This document shows, in pieces, positions 57,655 through 64,000 of a stretch of 64,000 bases of DNA (its first letter is position 1; every line of letters begins with the position of its first letter). The DNA comes from Rikenellaceae bacterium (GTDB taxonomy: Bacteria; Bacteroidota; Bacteroidia; Bacteroidales; Rikenellaceae): assembly GCA_021201795.1 (NCBI GenBank), contig JAJQEF010000016.1:20531-84530 (forward strand), given 5' to 3'. Under the pieces are notes generated by a model, which did no database searches, was not told where the DNA came from, and saw only the letters and a program-made list of their open reading frames with translations. The position numbers and the translations under genes were made by a program.

Positions 57655-59103
57655 ATGGATATAACCGACATAAAAGTAATTCTCATAATTCTATATCTGA
57701 TATTCGTAATACTGAATATTCTTATTATCATCCGTGATAAAAGAGATTCGGTTAAGGCGCTTGCGTGGATAACGGTTATAGCACTTATACCCGTAATAGG
57801 ATTTATACTATATATATTGTTTGGAAGGAACCACCGCAAAGAAAAGATATTCAATATTAAAGAGAGTGCGGATATCGAAATACTTCTCGAGACCTTAAGC
57901 GCCAAGCAGATTTATGATATTCAAAATAAAACGTTCAATATTAAGGAAATTTCAGAAAACCGCGATATTATCACTCTTCTGCTAAACAGTAATAAATCGC
58001 TGCTGTCTGTGCGCAACCATGTAAAGATTTTTAACAATGGTAAAGAAACATTCGAGGATATTATCGCGGATCTTAAAAAAGCTAGGTCCTTTATTCACCT
58101 TGAATATTATATTTTCGAGAAAGATAAAATAGGAAAAGGAATAGCAGAGATACTGATCGATAAGGCACGTGCCGGGGTTGAAGTCAGATTGATATATGAC
58201 GATGTGGGAAGCTGGGGGCTCAACACACGCTTTTTGAGAAAAATGAGGGATGCGGGAGTGAAGGTGAAATGTTTTATGCCCGTGGTTTTTCCATGGCTGA
58301 CCAGTAAGATCAATTACAGGAACCACCGTAAGATAATCGTGATAGACGGCAAGGTCGGTTATACCGGAGGGATAAATATCGCCCAGCGTTATATCGACGG
58401 AACTAAAATGGGAATATGGAGGGATACCCATTTAAGAATAGAGGGAGAAGCTATAGAGTCCCTACAGGTGATTTTTATTACGGACTGGCATTTTGTGAGC
58501 GGAGAAAAACTCCGGGACTCCGAGCGTTATTTCCCTCAAACTTACGTCGATGTAGAGACGCCTGTACAGATCGCTTCCTCAGGGCCGGACTCGGATTGGG
58601 CATGTATAATGCAGGCATTTTTCGCTGCGATTACTAAAGCCAAGAAACATATTTATATTTCTACTCCGTATTTTCTTCCTAATGAAGCTATCCTAACAGC
58701 AATAAAAGTCGCTTCGTTGAGCGGAGTCGATGTTCGTATACTTATTCCCGAAAAATCGGATTCTAAAATAGTCCACTGGGCCACACGTTCTTATATATTG
58801 GAACTGCTGGAAGCAAAGGTGAAAGTTTATCTTTATCGAAAAGGTTTCAATCATTCGAAGATAATTATGATCGACGGAATGTTCAGTTCGGTAGGTACGG
58901 CGAATATGGATATCCGCAGCTTCGAGGATAATTTTGAAATAACGGCGATTCTTTACGATTCGGAACTGACGCACGAACTCGAACGACAATTCCGGTCGGA
59001 TCTGAATGACAGTGTTCTGGTTAAAAAAGAAGAATGGGAGAAAAGGCCTGTGATCTATTCCATAGGAGAATCGTTCGCAAGCCTACTCAGTCCGCTGTTG
59101 TAA
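57655..59103 (+). CDS. cls: cardiolipin synthase
   Basis: Two N-terminal TM helices. Two HKD motifs, HRKIIVIDG and HSKIIMIDG. The ORF extends to 57622 via TTG. Confidence 0.92.
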   Translation: MDITDIKVILIILYLIFVILNILIIIRDKRDSVKALAWITVIALIPVIGFILYILFGRNHRKEKIFNIKESADIEILLETLSAKQIYDIQNKTFNIKEISENRDIITLLLNSNKSLLSVRNHVKIFNNGKETFEDIIADLKKARSFIHLEYYIFEKDKIGKGIAEILIDKARAGVEVRLIYDDVGSWGLNTRFLRKMRDAGVKVKCFMPVVFPWLTSKINYRNHRKIIVIDGKVGYTGGINIAQRYIDGTKMGIWRDTHLRIEGEAIESLQVIFITDWHFVSGEKLRDSERYFPQTYVDVETPVQIASSGPDSDWACIMQAFFAAITKAKKHIYISTPYFLPNEAILTAIKVASLSGVDVRILIPEKSDSKIVHWATRSYILELLEAKVKVYLYRKGFNHSKIIMIDGMFSSVGTANMDIRSFEDNFEITAILYDSELTHELERQFRSDLNDSVLVKKEEWEKRPVIYSIGESFASLLSPLL

Positions 59104-59104
59104 A

Positions 59105-59488
59105 TTACAATGAAATTTTTTCAGCTATTTCGAGGAATTCTTCCGATGTAAGTTTTAATTTCGGTTTTTTAAAATCCACATCGGATTCGTTGTTTAATGG
59201 GATAAGGTGTATATGGGCATGCGGGACTTCAAGTCCCAGAACTACTACAGCCACGCGTTTACACTCCAGAACCGAATCCATTTTTTTTGCTATCTTTTTT
59301 GCAAATATTATCATTCCGCTCAAGGTGTCGTTGTCAAGGTCGAATAGATAATCGATTTCTTTTTTCGGAACCACTAAAGTATGTCCCTTTGAGAGTGGAT
59401 TTATATCCAGAAACGCATAATAATTTTCATCTTCCGCTACTTTGTAAGAAGGAATATCGCCATTTATGATCTTCGAGAATATTGTCAT
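59105..59488 (-). CDS. HIT-family protein
   Basis: Histidine triad HAHIHLIP. 127 aa. Confidence 0.88.
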   Translation of the reverse strand: MTIFSKIINGDIPSYKVAEDENYYAFLDINPLSKGHTLVVPKKEIDYLFDLDNDTLSGMIIFAKKIAKKMDSVLECKRVAVVVLGLEVPHAHIHLIPLNNESDVDFKKPKLKLTSEEFLEIAEKISL

Positions 59489-59583
59489 GGGTATCGTATT
59501 TAAATAAAATGTTAATTATACGAATTTAGAAATTTTTAATACATTTATATAAGGGTAGTGAATATAAATTAATTGAAAGTTTT

Positions 59584-60393
59584 ATGATATCGTTCCCTAA
59601 TTGTAAAATTAATCTTGGACTTAATGTTATTTCCAAGAGAAAAGACGGTTACCACAACATTGAAACATGTATGGTTCCTGTCTATGGGCTTAAGGATGTC
59701 GTAGAGATTATCAGGTCAAAAAATGACGGAGTGGATTTCACGACTTCCGGTAAGACTATCGACTGCCCTTCGGAAAAGAATATCTGTGTTAAAGCCTACC
59801 GGCTGATACAGGAGAAATTCGGTATAGGTGGTGTTAAGATGCATCTGCATAAAAACATTCCGTTCGGGGCAGGATTGGGTGGAGGTTCTGCCGATGCCGT
59901 GGCTGTTATTAAACTTTTGAACGAGATTTACGGTTTAGGCATGGATACGGGCATGACCCGTAAATTATCGTTGATGCTTGGCAGCGACACGGCATTTTTT
60001 GTTGAAAACGTGCCTGCGGTATGTTACGGCAGAGGAGATATTACGGAGAAAATAAGTCTGGATCTTACCGGTTATTTTCTTGTACTGGTAAAACCGGATG
60101 TTTCTGTCAGTACAGCAGAAGCGTATGGCAGTATCGATCTTAAGAAGACGAACAAACCTGTCGCTGAAATCCTGAGGAATGGAATCGATACATGGGAATA
60201 TAATCTGGTCAATGATTTCGAGGATTATGTTTTCAGTAAATATCCTGAACTGGAGGATATAAAGTCGCAACTTTATGACGCAGGTGCTGTATATGCTTCG
60301 ATGTCGGGATCCGGTTCTGCTATTTACGGTTTATTTGAAACTAAACCGGAAGGATTGAAATTCGAAATCGAAAATTATTTATTTAATTTATAG
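59584..60393 (+). CDS. ispE: 4-diphosphocytidyl-2-C-methyl-D-erythritol kinase
   Basis: GHMP kinase motif PFGAGLGGGSADA. N-terminal KINLGL. Confidence 0.9.
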   Translation: MISFPNCKINLGLNVISKRKDGYHNIETCMVPVYGLKDVVEIIRSKNDGVDFTTSGKTIDCPSEKNICVKAYRLIQEKFGIGGVKMHLHKNIPFGAGLGGGSADAVAVIKLLNEIYGLGMDTGMTRKLSLMLGSDTAFFVENVPAVCYGRGDITEKISLDLTGYFLVLVKPDVSVSTAEAYGSIDLKKTNKPVAEILRNGIDTWEYNLVNDFEDYVFSKYPELEDIKSQLYDAGAVYASMSGSGSAIYGLFETKPEGLKFEIENYLFNL

Positions 60394-60397
60394 ATGA

Positions 60398-60883
60398 ATG
60401 AAAAAAGTGAAAAATATGGTGCCTGTACTCTTCGTGAAAAATGCAGGCAAGGCTAAGGATTTTTATGTTGATGTACTGGGACTGACTGTTAAAGCAGACT
60501 TCGGAGGACTTAATTATGTATTCGAGGAAGGTTTTGCCGTGTGGCAGCCTATGGAAGAAAATATAATTCCTGAAAAACTTGGGCAGTCCATATTTGACGC
60601 GAATGCGGTAAGCCGGGTTGAAATTTGTTTCGAGACAGACGATATAGAATCGGTTTATAAAAAACTGAAGGGTTCTGATGTAAAATTCCTTCATGAGATG
60701 AACGTGGAATTATGGGGGCAGCGTACACTGCGTTTTTATGATCCCGAAGGCCATTTGATCGAGGTCGGAGAAGAACTGGAGGTATTCGTAAGGCGTATTT
60801 ATGAGGAAGAAAATGATGTGGAGGCTGCGGCTAAGCGTGTGTTTATGTCTCCGGATATGGTTAAAAATATACTCGGGCTGTAA
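60398..60883 (+). CDS. VOC-family (glyoxalase/bleomycin-resistance fold) protein
   Basis: 161 aa. VPVLFVKNAGKAKDFYVDVLG and RFYDPEGHLIEV are typical of the VOC fold. Confidence 0.6.
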   Translation: MKKVKNMVPVLFVKNAGKAKDFYVDVLGLTVKADFGGLNYVFEEGFAVWQPMEENIIPEKLGQSIFDANAVSRVEICFETDDIESVYKKLKGSDVKFLHEMNVELWGQRTLRFYDPEGHLIEVGEELEVFVRRIYEEENDVEAAAKRVFMSPDMVKNILGL

Positions 60884-60902
60884 TGTTCTGTGGATAGTGA
60901 AT

Positions 60903-60931
60903 AAAAAAGTACGGCATCGCCGTACTTTTTT
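60903..60931. terminator. bidirectional terminator hairpin
   Basis: aaaaaagtacggc-atc-gccgtactttttt between the convergent VOC and nitroreductase genes. Confidence 0.7.
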
Positions 60932-60932
60932 A

Positions 60933-61682
60933 TTATAATTTTATATCTACCGATCTCTTTTTAAGATAATCTTCGATATGTTTTTCCTTTTCGTGCCTGT
61001 GGTAATCGAGTATATGTCCTACCCAGTCATTGCAGGTTTTATCCCCGCATCTTTCCTGATTGTATTTTTTCACGAGTTCGTCGTATTCGTTCAATTCATC
61101 CACGATAGTTTTGTCGTCCGAATATTTTTCCTTGTGAACTACGATATTTACGGGTCTCTTGGGCTTGAGATCCGGAGTCTCCCTCGGATATCCGATTGCA
61201 AGCCCGCATACGATCCCTACTTTTTCCGGCAGACCGAGTATGTCGGATGTTTTCTGAGGATCTGCCGTTCTCGCGTAACCAATCGAACAGCATCCGAGTC
61301 CGAGTGATTCCGCTGCCACTTCCGCGCTGTGCATCGCAAGTGCAGCATCCACCACACCTACGGTATATCCGTTCAGTGAATTTTGAAAGTCAGGGAAGTC
61401 GATTCCTTTCGATTGTGCTGCGATGTCGAGTTGATGGAAGTCGAGGCAGAATACGAGAAATACCGCTGAAGTCTTAACCTGCTTCTGTCCCATGATTTCG
61501 TACAGCTGTTCTTTTATAGACTGATCGGTCACAGCAACCACCGAAAATTGTTGTCCGTTATAGCTGGTTGGAGTATTACGTATGGCTTCGTAAATGAAAT
61601 TAAGTTTTTCTTCTTCAATTGGCTGTCTTTCGTAGCGCCTGACAGACCTTCTTCCCAACAAGATCTCTTTTATGTCTTTCAT
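60933..61682 (-). CDS. nitroreductase-family protein
   Basis: RRSVRRY near the N-terminus, PTSYNGQQ. 249 aa. Confidence 0.8.
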   Translation of the reverse strand: MKDIKEILLGRRSVRRYERQPIEEEKLNFIYEAIRNTPTSYNGQQFSVVAVTDQSIKEQLYEIMGQKQVKTSAVFLVFCLDFHQLDIAAQSKGIDFPDFQNSLNGYTVGVVDAALAMHSAEVAAESLGLGCCSIGYARTADPQKTSDILGLPEKVGIVCGLAIGYPRETPDLKPKRPVNIVVHKEKYSDDKTIVDELNEYDELVKKYNQERCGDKTCNDWVGHILDYHRHEKEKHIEDYLKKRSVDIKL

Positions 61683-61687
61683 CGTTA

Positions 61688-61936
61688 TTATGGATTGTAG
61701 ATGTCTTTATACCTGTAATTGAGTATTTCGCTGATAATTTCTATGTAAGAATCAGCCTCCTGGCTATCCGGATTTATTTCCGATGCATGAATGAAATCGT
61801 TCAATGCCTTGTCGAAATTTCCCTTCTGATGATACAGTTTGCTCCTCTCCATGAACAACGTGAAGTCGTTCGGAGATTCATCGATGGCTGCGGACAATAT
61901 CTGTATTGCATTATCTATCATCGTTACTTGTGGCAT
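61688..61936 (-). CDS. small tetratricopeptide-repeat protein
   Basis: 82 aa with TPR-like helices (FMERSKLYHQKGNFDKALNDFIHASEINP). Overlaps the nadD 3' end by 26 nt. Confidence 0.5.
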   Translation of the reverse strand: MPQVTMIDNAIQILSAAIDESPNDFTLFMERSKLYHQKGNFDKALNDFIHASEINPDSQEADSYIEIISEILNYRYKDIYNP

Positions 61937-62519
61937 AGATGTTCTTTTGTTTAATGTATTCGTAAACTCCTTCTGGGAGAAAATCCTTTATGTCATCTCC
62001 CTTTTTTAATAAATTTCTAAATTCCGTAGAACTTATGTCGTACAATGGTGGATTATCTATAATGAAAATATCCCCCAGGTGCAATAACTTATCACTATGA
62101 GGGTAACCTTTTCTTTCGTATACAAAAACTCTGCAATTTTTAAGTATATCTTGATAATCCTTCCATTTTCCGAGATTCAGCAGATTGTCCGAACCCATAA
62201 GAATCGAGAATTTACAGTCGGGATATAAACTCCACAATCTACTTAATGTGTCGATTGTGTAAGAGGGCTTCGGCATATTGAATTCTATATCCGATACTTT
62301 CATTTTATTATGAAAGATACTTTTTTCAATGGCGATTTCGACCATTCTCATTCTATCGTTCTTCGGAGCAAGATCCTCTATTTGTTTAAACGGATTCTGA
62401 GGGGATACGATAAACCACACCTCATCTCCGAATCCTTTATCGAGTACATATTCCGCTATCGATAAATGGGCTCTGTGAATAGGATTGAACGATCCGAAGA
62501 ATAGTATTACATTTTTCAT
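61911..62519 (-). CDS. nadD: nicotinate-nucleotide adenylyltransferase
   Basis: FGSFNPIHRAH nucleotidyltransferase motif and ISSTEFR near the C-terminus. Confidence 0.9.
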   Translation of the reverse strand: MKNVILFFGSFNPIHRAHLSIAEYVLDKGFGDEVWFIVSPQNPFKQIEDLAPKNDRMRMVEIAIEKSIFHNKMKVSDIEFNMPKPSYTIDTLSRLWSLYPDCKFSILMGSDNLLNLGKWKDYQDILKNCRVFVYERKGYPHSDKLLHLGDIFIIDNPPLYDISSTEFRNLLKKGDDIKDFLPEGVYEYIKQKNIYATSNDDR

Positions 62520-63089
62520 TTAATCGGAAAGAAATTCTTTTATAAATCCGTCTGTTTCATCGACCGCTTGGTTAAGGTTGTCGTTTATGATTATTCTGTC
62601 GAATTGACTTGCGAAGGAGATTTCTTCTTCCGCCTTTGAGAGCCGTTTGTTTATTGTTTCTTCGGTGTCCGTTCCTCTCGATCTCAACCTGTTGCCGAGC
62701 TCTTCTACTGAAGGAGGCATGATAAAAAGTGAAAGAGCCCTGCTTCCGAAATGTTTTTTCAGATTCAGCGCCCCTTTAACGTCTATATCGAATATTATCG
62801 TTTTGTTTTTGTTCCAGATTCTGTCGAGTTCGGACTTCAGGGTTCCGTAACTTGTGCCGGCATAAACTTCTTCCCACTCGATAAAATCGTCTCTTTTTAC
62901 GCATGCCGAGAATTCTTCCTGTGACAGAAAATAATATTCCCGTCCGTGTTCCTCGATTCCTCTCGGTGCACGGCACGTGGCGGATATGGAGAATTCGAGA
63001 TCAGGGAATCTTTCAAGGATCTTGTTTATAATAGTGGATTTTCCAGAACCGGAAGGGGCTGAGAAAATTATTACTTTACCATTGCCCAT
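62520..63089 (-). CDS. gmk: guanylate kinase
   Basis: P-loop SAPSGSGKST. 189 aa. Confidence 0.94.
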   Translation of the reverse strand: MGNGKVIIFSAPSGSGKSTIINKILERFPDLEFSISATCRAPRGIEEHGREYYFLSQEEFSACVKRDDFIEWEEVYAGTSYGTLKSELDRIWNKNKTIIFDIDVKGALNLKKHFGSRALSLFIMPPSVEELGNRLRSRGTDTEETINKRLSKAEEEISFASQFDRIIINDNLNQAVDETDGFIKEFLSD

Positions 63090-63101
63090 ATTTATATATG
63101 A

Positions 63102-63986
63102 TTATAGAATGTTAAGAAGTTGTTCTTTAATCTTTTCCAACTCGTCTTTCATCTGTACTACGATCTTCTGGATCCGCGAATCATTCGCTTTAGATCCGAG
63201 AGTATTTATTTCCCTTCCGATCTCCTGTGAAATAAACCCGAGTTTTTTTCCCGGAGCGTCTTCTGTCGTACATACTTCCCTGAAATATTCACAGTGGTTC
63301 TTCAGGCGGACTTTTTCTTCCGTAACATCCAGTTTTTCAAGATAATATATAAGCTCCGGTTCGAACCTGTTTTTGTCATAGTCTATTCCTATGTAGGTAA
63401 AATTCTCGGTTATCCTGTTTTTAATGGCTGTTACTCTGTCTTCTTCGTATTTCTCTACTTCCGGAATGGAATTCTCGATTATCAATATACGTGAAATAAT
63501 ATCCGTTATCAGATTCTCCCCCTCCTGTATTCGGAACGAATTAAGTGCGTCCATAGCTTGGGAAGCTGTGTTTAACAAGGCTTCAGACTCCTCTTTGCTG
63601 ATGTCGTTAAGTTCAGTCTGCACCACTTCCGGCATTTTCATAATTACCGGAATGACCGAAGCACTGACAGACGAATCGTTCGGATCCATTTTACAGTGCG
63701 GTAATATTTCGTTTATCTGATTAAAATAGTCGATAAATGCTTCCTTGTTGATCTTTACGGCATCTGATCCGCCGTTTTTTTCGATCGTAATAAATATATC
63801 GCTCTTACCCCTGATAATTTTTTTATTGGCAAGTAGTCTTATGTCTTGTTCGAACTGCCTGTAAACCGAAGGTATTTTTACGGACAGATCCAACTGCTTG
63901 CTATTCAGGGATCTTACTTCAATAATTATTTTTTTATCTGTGATTTCGGTCTCGGCTTTACCGTAACCGGTCATTGATCTTATCAT
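63102..63986 (-). CDS. yicC: YicC-family protein
   Basis: N-terminal MIRSMTGYG hallmark. 294 aa. Conserved yicC-gmk-nadD order. Confidence 0.88.
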   Translation of the reverse strand: MIRSMTGYGKAETEITDKKIIIEVRSLNSKQLDLSVKIPSVYRQFEQDIRLLANKKIIRGKSDIFITIEKNGGSDAVKINKEAFIDYFNQINEILPHCKMDPNDSSVSASVIPVIMKMPEVVQTELNDISKEESEALLNTASQAMDALNSFRIQEGENLITDIISRILIIENSIPEVEKYEEDRVTAIKNRITENFTYIGIDYDKNRFEPELIYYLEKLDVTEEKVRLKNHCEYFREVCTTEDAPGKKLGFISQEIGREINTLGSKANDSRIQKIVVQMKDELEKIKEQLLNIL

Positions 63987-64000
63987 AAACGGTAATTAAA

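Noticed and set aside
1-64000. CRISPR arrays, tRNA/rRNA genes, IS elements, integrases and prophage genes.
   Set aside because: No regularly spaced direct repeats, no cloverleaf-like or rRNA-like conserved segments in the few intergenic regions over 150 bp, and no transposase- or integrase-like ORFs were seen by eye. A tRNAscan/Infernal run would be the definitive check.

Overview
This window reads as a chromosomal, mostly housekeeping segment of a Bacteroidota (Bacteroidales-like) genome. Support for that placement: TAnnTTTG -7 promoter motifs upstream of operons, phylum-typical families (DUF4294, DUF1573), a methylmalonyl-CoA decarboxylase sodium-pump operon, a porin-pstSCAB-phoU operon, and ftsK-lolA and yicC-gmk-nadD synteny. 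About 60 protein-coding genes are tightly packed. Recognised genes include dnaG (partial), der, glmS, fba, a PPi-type pfk, folD, ffh, mce-mmdA-oadG-mmdC-mmdB, pyrE, lspA, guaB, purL, murI, ftsK, lolA, greA, cls, ispE, nadD, gmk and yicC. I saw no rRNA, tRNA, CRISPR array, transposase, integrase, phage gene or recognisable defence island. I cannot point to a clearly novel multi-gene system. What merits a second look: (1) Four disrupted genes in 64 kb. All three premature stops are TGA at positions where homologs carry Gly (the third is Gly or Cys), and all three frameshifts lie in or next to short nucleotide runs. (2) A group-B-like [FeFe] hydrogenase, flavodiiron protein and thioesterase operon. 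(3) A tightly coupled NUDIX, TSCPD and Zn-less sirtuin operon. (4) A decaying second carboxyltransferase/biotin-carrier pair followed by a 484-bp very AT-rich non-coding tract with ATGTAAAT repeats. (5) A truncated, probably non-catalytic GH2-like secreted protein. (6) A PstC with a PstS-like periplasmic insert. (7) A promoter-plus-terminator arrangement in front of greA. CDS coordinates follow the ORF track, with some starts moved to internal ATGs. Hairpin and motif coordinates were read by eye and may be off by 1-2 nt. Family assignments come from motif recognition and memory, not from searches.
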